From a virus (taxonomy: Duplodnaviria > Heunggongvirae > Uroviricota > Caudoviricetes): DNA of 64,000 nucleotides. Position 1 is the stretch's first letter. Each line of letters opens with the position of its first letter. The notes beneath the pieces were generated by a model. That model saw only the letters and a list, made by a program, of their open reading frames with translations. It did not search any database and was not told the DNA's origin. Both the position numbers and the translations under genes were made by a program. The DNA is taken from positions 18,137-82,136 of the IMG/VR virus record IMGVR_UViG_3300028602_000005; one strand, given 5' to 3'. This document shows, piece by piece, positions 10,182 through 19,096 of the stretch.

Positions 10182-10871
10182 ATGGTTTTTAGATTACCAA
10201 ATGGAGAGATTATTAAAGATGTTCATCTTTGTGAAATTATAGAAACATTTCAAGGAGAAGGTCCAGATTCAGGAAAAAAATGTTTGTTATTAAGATTTAA
10301 ACATTGTAATAAAAATTGTAAATGGTGTGATACTAAAAATAAACTATCAGAATTACCTGAAAAAAAATATGAAATTTCTGAAATAAATGAAATCATCAAA
10401 AATAGAAAATTAATGGTTTTAATAACTGGTGGAGAACCAACTTTTTCTTTAAATTTTTTAGAAACTTTGACATTATTAAATGAATTAGATACATATTTGT
10501 TTAATGTTGAGACAAATGGAAATAATATAATAAATTTAATTAATAATACTAAAAATATAAAAAAAATTAAATTTATATTTTCACCTAAAATTTTTGATGA
10601 TAATGAGTTAAAAAATAATTTATCCATTATAAAAGAATTGAAGGATAATAAAAAAGTTTTTATAAAATATGTTATTTATGAAGAAAATAAATATAACGAT
10701 TATTTTTTAAATGAGTTGTATAAATTAAATATAAATGATAGAGTTTATTTAATGCCATTGGGTTCATCTAAAGATGAATTATTTAATAATTTTAAATTTG
10801 TTTTAGATTATGCTTTTAAATATGATTTCAATTTTACCTCAAGAGATCATATTATATATAACTTTAAATAG
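10182..10871 (+). CDS. queE: 7-carboxy-7-deazaguanine synthase QueE (radical SAM)
   Basis: ETFQGEGPDSG...CNKNCKWCDTK reproduces the QueE signature (FxTIQGEG then CxxxCxxCDT); GGEPT further on; 229 aa. Confidence 0.8.
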   Translation: MVFRLPNGEIIKDVHLCEIIETFQGEGPDSGKKCLLLRFKHCNKNCKWCDTKNKLSELPEKKYEISEINEIIKNRKLMVLITGGEPTFSLNFLETLTLLNELDTYLFNVETNGNNIINLINNTKNIKKIKFIFSPKIFDDNELKNNLSIIKELKDNKKVFIKYVIYEENKYNDYFLNELYKLNINDRVYLMPLGSSKDELFNNFKFVLDYAFKYDFNFTSRDHIIYNFK

Positions 10872-10879
10872 GAGGATAA

Positions 10880-11155
10880 ATGAGGTTAGATAACGATAAA
10901 GAATTTGGTGTGTGTGTTATAACAAGAGAAAATGAAGATATTGAATCTTTAATAAGAAGATTCAGAAAAAGAGTTGCTAAAAACGAAATTATAAAGACTT
11001 ATAAATCTAAATTAGAATTCTTAAAACCTAGTAAAAAAAAGAAAAAGAAAAGAGTTGAGGCACAAAAAAGAAGAGAAAAAGATCTTTTAAAAATTCAAAA
11101 GAAAATGTCAAAAAGAAAAGGAGATTTTAAAAATGAATATGATAGCAGCAAATGA
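10880..11155 (+). CDS. rpsU: Ribosomal protein bS21 homologue, phage-encoded
   Basis: VITRENEDIESLIRRFRKRVAKNEI... followed by a K/R-rich tail; length 91 aa, typical of S21. Confidence 0.65.
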   Translation: MRLDNDKEFGVCVITRENEDIESLIRRFRKRVAKNEIIKTYKSKLEFLKPSKKKKKKRVEAQKRREKDLLKIQKKMSKRKGDFKNEYDSSK

Positions 11156-11405
11156 TCATGTAATTGTAAAACTTAAACTTGAGTCTGAAGAAACACGAAA
11201 ATCAGGAATCGTATTACCATCTACTGTTAAAAAAGAACCACAAGCATATGGAACAATTGTATCTATTGGTCCTAAAGTTGAAGATACTTATGACATAGGA
11301 GATATTATCATGTGTCATAAATCAGCAGGTCAAGATATTATATTTGAAGATGTAATATATAAAGTATTAAAGGAACCCGAAATTTATTGTAGAATTGAGG
11401 GATAA
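11133..11405 (+). CDS. groES: Co-chaperonin GroES (Hsp10) homologue
   Basis: Pattern VIVKLKLESEETRKSGIVLPSTVKKEPQAYGTIVSIGPKVE...GDIIMCHKSAGQDIIFEDVIYKVLKEPEIYCRIE matches GroES along its whole length (90 aa). Confidence 0.75.
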   Translation: MNMIAANDHVIVKLKLESEETRKSGIVLPSTVKKEPQAYGTIVSIGPKVEDTYDIGDIIMCHKSAGQDIIFEDVIYKVLKEPEIYCRIEG

Positions 11406-11408
11406 TCA

Positions 11409-11654
11409 ATGTTTGATCTGGGTGATTTTTCTTTTAGTTTCATAGATTTAGGATTTAAAATTGAAAATAATTCTTTTTATTTTTGGATTGATTTACTTTC
11501 AATTGGTGATTATGAAAATAGTAGATCTTTATTTAAAGTAGAAACAGATCCTAGTGGTGTTTATTTAGGATTATTTTTCATAGATATTGCAATTATTAAA
11601 AAAAGTTTCTTAAAGGAACATATGAATGATAATGATAAAGAGGATATCGAATAA
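11409..11654 (+). CDS. Hypothetical protein
   Basis: 81-aa ORF. Confidence 0.35.
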   Translation: MFDLGDFSFSFIDLGFKIENNSFYFWIDLLSIGDYENSRSLFKVETDPSGVYLGLFFIDIAIIKKSFLKEHMNDNDKEDIE

Positions 11655-11670
11655 TAAAATTTGAGGTTAA

Positions 11671-13047
11671 GTGATGGGAACTAATTATGTTGTAGCTGGA
11701 TTTAAAGCAATGGCAGACTATACAGATAAATTTATAAAATCTGAATATTTTGATGATCACTTTACCAGAGAAGATGTATCAAACTTCTTTTTTAAAAACT
11801 GTAATAATTTTCTTCATGGTTTTGGACAAAATTTTAAAAATAAAAAGAGGTTTGATAAACACAAAAAATTCGAAGCAAAAACCTTAAGTAAGTTTAGAAG
11901 TTATAAGTTTTTTGATAAATCTTACTTTTGGGTAGATAGTTCAGGATTTCAAATTTCTATTGGAATATTATCAAAAGAAGAGGCTGAAATTCTGAACTAT
12001 CTTTATTATGAATTTTTATGTGAAGAGGTGGATAAATATGATAAAGCATTCATATTGGATATTCCACCTGGCCCTGGATGTCAAATATTTGATAATTTTA
12101 AATCTGTATATGATTGGAATTATAGATCTTATAAAAAAGCATCTTTACTATCGGAAGAAGTAAGAAATAAAATAGTATATGTTCATCATTTTAGAACACC
12201 TAAATTATGGGAAATATATTTAGACTTATTAAGAAGTAATGATTTTTATAAAAGCTTTACAAAGTTTGCTACAGGAGGAATTGTGGCGAATATGAGAAGT
12301 GATATGATTATTCCTTGTATAATATATGTTTTACCGTTAATCCCTTTATTAAATGAAACTATAAAAAATGGAAGAAAAAAAATAGAGTTCCATATTTTAG
12401 GTGGAGCCAATTTTAGGGATATTTTATTTTATGAATTATTTAGGATTCATGTAAAGAAGATTCATGATATAGATTTAATAATAACATTTGATTCATCTGG
12501 ATTATTCAAAGGATTAATGATGTCTAGATTTTTATGGATTGAATATGAAGGTGTTATGAGAAAAGTCGATATTAGAACTAATAACATAGATATGAGATTT
12601 GAAGATAATATTAAAGTAATAGACATCTTCAGATATGGTATAAATAAAATGGCAAGAGAAAATAATTTTAAAGAAATAAAAATTGATAATATATACGATG
12701 ATACAACAGGAACTTTTTCAATAGAAAATAGAATTTACTCTTTATTATATATGTTGTATATGTATTCTGAAGTTCAAAATAATATGAGAGATTTTTCTGA
12801 AAAAGTTTATGAATTTTATGATAAAGGTGAAATAGATATATTTAATCTTAATGTGGAAGAAATGACTAAGAATTTAAATTCAGGTAAAATTACTAAAAAA
12901 CAAAGGTCTAAATCATATAGTGTTTCAAATTCACTTGATATGTTAACTTCATTGGATGAAGAATATTGTAAATACATTATTGATAAATGTTTAAGTAAAG
13001 ATGAATTTACTAATTTAGATAATAATTATGATATATTAGAAATTTGA
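11671..13047 (+). CDS. TGT-fold protein, candidate DpdA-like 7-deazaguanine DNA transglycosylase
   Basis: VDSSGFQ matches the catalytic DSGGFQ of tRNA-guanine transglycosylases. HILGGANFRDI resembles YLMGVGxPxDL, and ITFDSSG resembles the MFDCV region. Lies next to queE. Confidence 0.5.
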   Translation: MMGTNYVVAGFKAMADYTDKFIKSEYFDDHFTREDVSNFFFKNCNNFLHGFGQNFKNKKRFDKHKKFEAKTLSKFRSYKFFDKSYFWVDSSGFQISIGILSKEEAEILNYLYYEFLCEEVDKYDKAFILDIPPGPGCQIFDNFKSVYDWNYRSYKKASLLSEEVRNKIVYVHHFRTPKLWEIYLDLLRSNDFYKSFTKFATGGIVANMRSDMIIPCIIYVLPLIPLLNETIKNGRKKIEFHILGGANFRDILFYELFRIHVKKIHDIDLIITFDSSGLFKGLMMSRFLWIEYEGVMRKVDIRTNNIDMRFEDNIKVIDIFRYGINKMARENNFKEIKIDNIYDDTTGTFSIENRIYSLLYMLYMYSEVQNNMRDFSEKVYEFYDKGEIDIFNLNVEEMTKNLNSGKITKKQRSKSYSVSNSLDMLTSLDEEYCKYIIDKCLSKDEFTNLDNNYDILEI

Positions 13048-13054
13048 GGTTAAA

Positions 13055-13333
13055 ATGAGTTTAAAAAAATTATATGAAGAAAGAACAAAAAATTCATTAA
13101 AAATTGAATTAGGAGAAGAATTATGTAATGAATGTAATGGAATTGGTGTTTTCTGTTTAAAAAAATTTAAAGATGATGATGAAAATAAATATCCCGAAAT
13201 TTATACACCATGTATTAAATGTAAAACAAAAGGAAAAATTAGATGGACTGAAAAAATATTAGGAATAAAAGGAGAAACACCACATTCGGAATTTTATATT
13301 AAAGAGTTTTACCTTTTAAAGAAATTGATGTAA
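13055..13333 (+). CDS. Small CxxC zinc-ribbon / DnaJ-Zn-finger-like protein
   Basis: CNECNGIGV and CIKCKTKGK in 92 aa. Confidence 0.5.
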   Translation: MSLKKLYEERTKNSLKIELGEELCNECNGIGVFCLKKFKDDDENKYPEIYTPCIKCKTKGKIRWTEKILGIKGETPHSEFYIKEFYLLKKLM

Positions 13334-13336
13334 ATT

Positions 13337-13750
13337 ATGATTTTAATGTTGAGGTTATTGAAAATGACAGAAATAATATTTAAAACAAAAAAATTAAGCA
13401 AAGATGAAATAATAAAATTAGAAGATAGAATAGCTAAACCTATAATAGATGAAAGTCTTTCTGAATATTTATGTCCAGAATGTAGAGGATTAGGATTATT
13501 AAGTTTAACATCATTTAAAAAAGAATCTAATAATAAAAAGGAAATAATTGATGAATTTATTGTCTCATGTAGAAAATGTTTCGGTAAGGGAAAATTAGTG
13601 AAATTTACTACTTTATCAAATGATATAAATTATGTAAGTGGCTACTCAGGATTCCAAAATTTTTATTATGCTAATGTAAATTGGACATGTGTAGAATTTA
13701 TAAAAAAAGATGATGAAATTTATCAAAATGATAGTATAAGGAGATTATGA
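13337..13750 (+). CDS. Small CxxCxGxG zinc-finger protein
   Basis: CPECRGLGL and CRKCFGKGK in 137 aa. Confidence 0.5.
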   Translation: MILMLRLLKMTEIIFKTKKLSKDEIIKLEDRIAKPIIDESLSEYLCPECRGLGLLSLTSFKKESNNKKEIIDEFIVSCRKCFGKGKLVKFTTLSNDINYVSGYSGFQNFYYANVNWTCVEFIKKDDEIYQNDSIRRL

Positions 13751-13754
13751 TAAA

Positions 13755-15248
13755 TTGGTCACAGAAATATTTTTAAATAACTGTTTTACAGTTTTATTAA
13801 ATAAGAATATAAAAAAAGATATTGTGAAAGATATAAAACAAATTTTATATTTTTATTTTGAAAACAAAAATATAGATATACCTATAACTGTAAAAACTAA
13901 AGTTGATTGTTTAAAAACAATATGTAGTTTAAAAGAAGAAAATAAATCTATAGATAATATAATAGACAGTATTTCATTTTCAAAAAAATATGAAGACTTT
14001 CTAGATTTTCTTAATACTGTAAAAAATGTTAATTTAACAGAAGAGGAAATAGAGGATAATATTGAACAAATAAAATTAAGATCTAAATTAGTTTCTCTTT
14101 TACCACATTATGATAAATTAGATAATTTTATTGATGCATTTAAAATTGGAAATTTCGATTCTTTAGATAAAGCAATTAAGGATTATGAAATTTTATCAAA
14201 AGAAATGTATTTAGATGTTTCTAAAAGTAAAAGATCGGAAGATGTTGAAAAATGTTCAAGTTTAAATTTAACTGAAGATTCATATGAAAGTGTAGTTGAG
14301 CAAATAAAACTTAAATATGATAGATCTAACACAGAACCTACAGGGTTTAAAGTTTTTGATGATAAAGTTTTAAATGGTGGTTTTGCAAAATCTCGATTAT
14401 ATATTTTTGGTGGAGGTAGTGGCTCTGGTAAATCTACTCTAATTTTAAATTGTTTTGCTAATCAGATTTCTGGAAAAACAATAAAGGGTGAAATAATAAA
14501 AGTTTTAAAGGAAAGAGAAAAAGATAATAAAGAAAATAAAAAAGAAGTATATATTTATATAACTTGTGAAAATCAGGTTGATGAAACACTTTTAAGATTG
14601 GCGCAATATTTTGGAGGAAAAACTGAAATAGGAATTCTTAGGGAAGTAAAAACAGCAGAAGATCTTTCAAAAGATATTAAAAAAAATATAAGAAAAAATG
14701 TAATACCAGTAATAAAATATTTTCCCAAGTATTCTTTAAGTTGTTTAGATATAAGAAATATAGTTGATGAATATGAATCATTATATGGCAAGGGTTGTGT
14801 TAAGATGTTATATGTTGATTATTTAGATATTCTTTATTCTGATTTTAAAACAGATCTTTTAAGATTAAGTTTATCACATATTACATCTGAATTAAAAGAT
14901 ATATCAATTGATTATAATTTTCCGATAGCTACTCCAACACAATTAAATAAATCTGCATATGGATCAAGTGAATCAAAAGATTTCAAATTAAATATGATTA
15001 CTGAATCTTCAGATAAAGTTAATCATTCAGATTTTATTGCTATAATGATGAGAGATTCAACAGATTTGAATCTTTTACATATGAGAATTGGTAAAAATAG
15101 AAGTGGTATGTCTGAAATTTCCATAGATTTTAAAGTTGAATTTAAATATTTTAGAGTTCTTAATGGATATGTTTTATCATCTGAAAATGTGGATGAAAAA
15201 ATAGAAAATCCCAATAAACCTAAGAGTTTTAATGTTTATGACTTATGA
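13755..15248 (+). CDS. DnaB-like replicative DNA helicase (T4 gp41-class)
   Basis: Walker A in the DnaB context, VLNGGFAKSRLYIFGGGSGSGKSTLILNCFANQ; 497 aa with an N-terminal helical domain. Confidence 0.7.
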   Translation: MVTEIFLNNCFTVLLNKNIKKDIVKDIKQILYFYFENKNIDIPITVKTKVDCLKTICSLKEENKSIDNIIDSISFSKKYEDFLDFLNTVKNVNLTEEEIEDNIEQIKLRSKLVSLLPHYDKLDNFIDAFKIGNFDSLDKAIKDYEILSKEMYLDVSKSKRSEDVEKCSSLNLTEDSYESVVEQIKLKYDRSNTEPTGFKVFDDKVLNGGFAKSRLYIFGGGSGSGKSTLILNCFANQISGKTIKGEIIKVLKEREKDNKENKKEVYIYITCENQVDETLLRLAQYFGGKTEIGILREVKTAEDLSKDIKKNIRKNVIPVIKYFPKYSLSCLDIRNIVDEYESLYGKGCVKMLYVDYLDILYSDFKTDLLRLSLSHITSELKDISIDYNFPIATPTQLNKSAYGSSESKDFKLNMITESSDKVNHSDFIAIMMRDSTDLNLLHMRIGKNRSGMSEISIDFKVEFKYFRVLNGYVLSSENVDEKIENPNKPKSFNVYDL

Positions 15249-15289
15249 TAATTTTATTTAGCACATTGCTAAGTTTTTTAAGAAAAAAA

Positions 15290-15302
15290 CTTAGAACATA
15301 AA
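15290..15302 (+). promoter_or_regulatory. Motif 2 (cTTAGAACAtAAA), 58 nt upstream of the ATG at 15361
   Basis: One of 12 intergenic copies of the cTTAGAACA(a/t)AA element, found 40-70 nt before + strand starts. A degenerate copy tttaGCACA lies at 15257-15266. Confidence 0.45.
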
Positions 15303-15360
15303 TTAAAACTTAGATATTAAAATCCTATAAAATTTAGGGATATTGGAGGATATTTAAAAA

Positions 15361-16206
15361 ATGAAAAAGTCTTATAAAGAACTACTTAAAGAAGCAATTA
15401 TGGAATATGATACTAAAGCTATGGATTATAAAGGTCCAATGACTGATGCCATTATCAGTTTTAAAGGCGAAGGAGAACTTGAAACTCATCGTAAAGCAGA
15501 TGATATAGCTTCAATTCTTGAAAGATATTATACAAGAGAAGATGCTGAAAAAGATATTGAAGATGCTGAAAATGAAAATGAAATTTCAACTGGTGAAGAA
15601 CCTGATGATGTTGAAGACACTATGGATGATTTAGAAAAACAAGTAACAGAAGATTTTGATGCACCAACATATGAAGAAACTAAAAATAAAGGAAATACAA
15701 AAGGCAAAGAGGAAGGTGGTGGAGAAAAAGCAGTTAAAGATAATAGAAATCCTGAAGATCGAGATGAAACTTTTGATGTCGATGAAGTTTCTGAAGATCT
15801 TGAAATGGAAGATATTGTTATTGAAAAACTTATCAGAGAGCTTGAAGAAAAAGATGAACCTAATACACCACAAGCCGGTATTGATCCTATAGATGATGAC
15901 AAAGAAGAAGAAGAACTTACTTCTGAATCTGTTGTTACAGAAGATGTTCTTGATCTTTTAGATGAAGAATTTTCTTCTATTTTAGAACAAGAAGAGGAAG
16001 AAGAAAAAGAAGAAGAAAAAGAAGAAGATAAAAAAGAAGAAGAAGAAGATGAAGATCTAGATGTAGATAAAGAAATAAAAGAAAGTTTTTATAAAGATGA
16101 AATAGAAAATGCATTTAGACTTTTGGAACAAGAAATAGAGGGTGATGAAGAAGAAGAAGAAGAAGATGAAGAAGGTGCTCATCGCAGAACTGTTGACGAA
16201 GATTAA
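15361..16206 (+). CDS. Highly acidic D/E-rich protein
   Basis: 281 aa with long EEEEKEEEKEED stretches. The antisense and out-of-frame ORFs here are low-complexity artefacts. Confidence 0.55.
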   Translation: MKKSYKELLKEAIMEYDTKAMDYKGPMTDAIISFKGEGELETHRKADDIASILERYYTREDAEKDIEDAENENEISTGEEPDDVEDTMDDLEKQVTEDFDAPTYEETKNKGNTKGKEEGGGEKAVKDNRNPEDRDETFDVDEVSEDLEMEDIVIEKLIRELEEKDEPNTPQAGIDPIDDDKEEEELTSESVVTEDVLDLLDEEFSSILEQEEEEEKEEEKEEDKKEEEEDEDLDVDKEIKESFYKDEIENAFRLLEQEIEGDEEEEEEDEEGAHRRTVDED

Positions 16207-16234
16207 TATAATAAAATTTATATAATAGAAACAA

Positions 16235-16269
16235 AGAGAGTAGAGATATTTTCTCTACTCTCTTTTTTT
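16235..16269 (+). terminator. Rho-independent terminator
   Basis: AGAGAGTAGAGA-loop-TCTCTACTCTCT followed by TTTTTTT, directly after the stop at 16206. Confidence 0.7.
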
Positions 16270-16822
16270 GCATCGGAGAATTGAAATGTATGAAATAGAA
16301 ATTAAAGAACCAAATAATTATTTGACAGTAAATGGAAAAATTTCAAGAACACCTTTCAAAGCAAAAATATCCGAAAATCAACTTAATATTTTAAAAACAA
16401 AATTGAGATCTTTAGGAATAACAAATTATATTGTTATAGATTTAGATAAAAAAAATAAAAATGAAATTATTATTAAAACAAAAGATATTGAAAAAAATAT
16501 TGAAAATGTAAATAAGTTAGATGTTAAGTTAGAAGAAAAAAATAAAGATTATAATTTTTTAAAAACTAAACCTAAAGAAAAAACTATAACTGTTGACAAT
16601 ATATTATTAATGAAAAAAACTGAAGAAAGAAATATTGAAATAGTTAATAATATAGAAAATAACTTAGAACAAAAAAATGATGTTATATTAGAAGATATAA
16701 TTTACGAAGAATCTTCAGTGAATCCAATAAAAAATTTTGATTGTGAAATAAAAATAGAAGAACTCTTTGATAGATCAAATGAGATTATAAAAGATTTATT
16801 GATAGTAGATGAAAGGACTTGA
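16268..16822 (+). CDS. Hypothetical protein
   Basis: 184-aa ORF, start overlapped by the terminator T-run; N/K/E-rich. Confidence 0.45.
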   Translation: MHRRIEMYEIEIKEPNNYLTVNGKISRTPFKAKISENQLNILKTKLRSLGITNYIVIDLDKKNKNEIIIKTKDIEKNIENVNKLDVKLEEKNKDYNFLKTKPKEKTITVDNILLMKKTEERNIEIVNNIENNLEQKNDVILEDIIYEESSVNPIKNFDCEIKIEELFDRSNEIIKDLLIVDERT

Positions 16823-17073
16823 ATATAATGAAAAAAATAAAAATATATTTAAAAAACCAAGATCCTTTAGAATTTTTTGATAATGATGATTCAGATCTTG
16901 AAGAATATCAAAAAAAAATAATTAATGCTTTTAAATCAGAAGAAATAATAACTTTTGGTGTTACGGAAAAAATGGTAACTTTAAGACCCTCATATATAAT
17001 TGGAATAGAAACATTAAATATATTAGAATTTAAAAAAGAAAATGATGAAGGTTATTTAGAAAATGAATCCTAA
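16819..17073 (+). CDS. Hypothetical protein
   Basis: ATGA overlap with the upstream gene; 84 aa. Confidence 0.4.
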   Translation: MNIMKKIKIYLKNQDPLEFFDNDDSDLEEYQKKIINAFKSEEIITFGVTEKMVTLRPSYIIGIETLNILEFKKENDEGYLENES

Positions 17074-17521
17074 TTTAATAACAACTATATTAAATATTTT
17101 TATTTTAATAATTTTTTTTGTCTTGTTTTTTTATAATCGAGAAAAAAAAGTTGAAAATACTAATATTAAAACTTTAGATTTTATAGAATATATGAGTATT
17201 TTAAGATATTCTTTAGAAAAATCTTATGATATCATATATAAAAAAGAATTAATTATTTATTCAATAGAAGGATCTAAAGTTGATCAAGCAAATTTAGAAA
17301 GATATACTAGATCTTTTGTTAATATCGTTTTGAGATTTCTAGGTCCAAAAATAAAAAACGAATTAGTATCTCTTTTTGGTGATGAAGACACATTATATTT
17401 TCATATTGCAGAATATTTTAATGTTAGATATGAAAGCGATGAAATTTTTAAAGAAACTTCAGATGGTATAATGAACATTGAAAATGATTCAAGAGTTGAA
17501 GATTTCTTTAAAAATCAATAA
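17063..17521 (+). CDS. Hypothetical protein with an N-terminal TM helix
   Basis: ILNIFILIIFFVLFFY hydrophobic segment; 152 aa. Confidence 0.45.
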   Translation: MNPNLITTILNIFILIIFFVLFFYNREKKVENTNIKTLDFIEYMSILRYSLEKSYDIIYKKELIIYSIEGSKVDQANLERYTRSFVNIVLRFLGPKIKNELVSLFGDEDTLYFHIAEYFNVRYESDEIFKETSDGIMNIENDSRVEDFFKNQ

Positions 17522-17545
17522 TTTTTTTATTTGGAGTTTAAATAA

Positions 17546-18340
17546 ATGACAAAAAAGGCAGTTGATTTTTATTTAGAATATTTGGATGAACAATTATCAT
17601 CAAAAATATCTAATATGGGAAAAACTACAGGTAAATATATAGGTCAAGGATTCAGAACAAATTTTATATGGTCTTTATTAATAACTCCAGCGATTTTTGT
17701 TTCATGGAGAAGTGCCGGTGCTATTATTAGTGGTGCTTCTAGAAAATGTGGTATTTTTGGAAATTCTAAAGGAAGAACATCATGTAGTTGTAGGGAAAAA
17801 ATAAAGGGATATAGAAAACAAATAGAAATATTAAATGGAATAAAAAATAAATGTAATCAAACTAAAGACCCTCAAAAATGTAAAGATTTGATTGAAATTA
17901 AAATTGAGAAATTAGAAAATAGACTTTTAATACAAGAAGAAAAATTAAGATCAATAGTTGGGGAAACAACAACAGAATCTATATTACCTGTAATAGGTTC
18001 TTTAGGATCATTAATAATGACTGGAATAATAGTAGATAAGGCTATATTTTTATCTTGGAGAACTGCTAGTGCTTTATGGTCTGAATCAACAAGAAAATGT
18101 GGGATTTATAAAAATACCCCTCAAAGAGAAATATGTGTATCGAAATATAAGTTATCAGCTTTAAATAAGCAACTTAATATTTTAAGGTCCATATTTAACT
18201 CTTGTGGAAAACAAAAAAATCCAGAAAAATGTAGAGAAAAAGTAGAAGAAAAAATAAAAAATCTTAAGATAAAAATACAAAAAGAATTAGATAATATAAG
18301 TGCTGCTCAAAAAGAGCAAAGTGAAAATGAAAATTCATAA
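17546..18340 (+). CDS. Hypothetical protein with an internal twofold duplication (Cys-containing repeats)
   Basis: The two halves align: AIFVSWRSAGAIISGASRKCGIFGN...CKD against AIFLSWRTASALWSESTRKCGIYKN...CRE; 264 aa. Confidence 0.5.
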   Translation: MTKKAVDFYLEYLDEQLSSKISNMGKTTGKYIGQGFRTNFIWSLLITPAIFVSWRSAGAIISGASRKCGIFGNSKGRTSCSCREKIKGYRKQIEILNGIKNKCNQTKDPQKCKDLIEIKIEKLENRLLIQEEKLRSIVGETTTESILPVIGSLGSLIMTGIIVDKAIFLSWRTASALWSESTRKCGIYKNTPQREICVSKYKLSALNKQLNILRSIFNSCGKQKNPEKCREKVEEKIKNLKIKIQKELDNISAAQKEQSENENS

Positions 18341-18345
18341 AAATT

Positions 18346-18357
18346 TTAGAACAAAAT
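18346..18357 (+). promoter_or_regulatory. Motif 2 (tTTAGAACAAAA), 58 nt upstream of the ATG at 18415
   Basis: Conserved element, see the motif-2 family. Confidence 0.45.
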
Positions 18358-18414
18358 AAAAAGAAAATAATTAGGTAAAAAGATCATTTTTACTATTAAA
18401 TGGAGGAATAAATT

Positions 18415-19077
18415 ATGTTTGATAAAGATGGTGTTATTGAAAGTTATCTGGAAGAGTTAGATGCTATTGCTGAATCAATTCGATTTGAATTTTCTGAAAA
18501 ATATTTGTTAGAAGCTAAAACTTCAAAAGATTCAGATATTCTATTAGAAGAATTTCTTTTAGAATTTAATAAAGTTCAAAGACAAATGATTGGAGAATAC
18601 AATAAAAATAAAAGAAATATATATGATTCATTCAAAAATCGTTTAGCTAATGCTACAACTGATGCTCAAAAAAAGGCACTATTAGATTCTAGAAAAGCAG
18701 GCTTAAAAGCTTTAAGTAAACAATATGAAGCAACATTAGGTAAATTGGGTCTTATTGTTGCAAAAGTTTTAGAAACTGGAGAGGCTATCTTCAGACCAAT
18801 TAAAAGTACCGCACAAAAAGCAAGTAAATATGTTTCAAAACAGGGAGCAAATGCATATGCAGGTATAAAGAAAGCAGGTATTGCGATTACTCCTAAAACA
18901 ACTAAAGGCAAAATAGGAGTAGCTGCTGCTGGTGTCACTACAGTGGGTGGTGCTGCTGCCGTTTATAAAAGATATTTAGCAAAAGCTAGTAGAGCTTGTG
19001 CTGGTTTAAGTGGTGAAGAAAGAAAAAAATGTATTCAGAAATATAGAGATCAAGCAAGAAGTGCCACACAGGGATAA
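18415..19077 (+). CDS. Hypothetical protein, Ala/Gly-rich C-terminus
   Basis: 220-aa ORF; GGAGG RBS. Confidence 0.5.
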   Translation: MFDKDGVIESYLEELDAIAESIRFEFSEKYLLEAKTSKDSDILLEEFLLEFNKVQRQMIGEYNKNKRNIYDSFKNRLANATTDAQKKALLDSRKAGLKALSKQYEATLGKLGLIVAKVLETGEAIFRPIKSTAQKASKYVSKQGANAYAGIKKAGIAITPKTTKGKIGVAAAGVTTVGGAAAVYKRYLAKASRACAGLSGEERKKCIQKYRDQARSATQG

Positions 19078-19096
19078 AAAAGGGTAAAATTTAATA

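Noticed and set aside
10250-10627. Minus-strand ORF of 125 aa inside queE
   Set aside because: It is antisense to a gene carrying a definitive radical-SAM/QueE signature.
15528-15902. Antisense and out-of-frame ORFs (15528-15902, 15631-15873, 15656-15892) within the acidic-protein gene
   Set aside because: Poly-Ser/poly-Phe/poly-Lys translations of a GAA-rich repeat. They are low-complexity artefacts.
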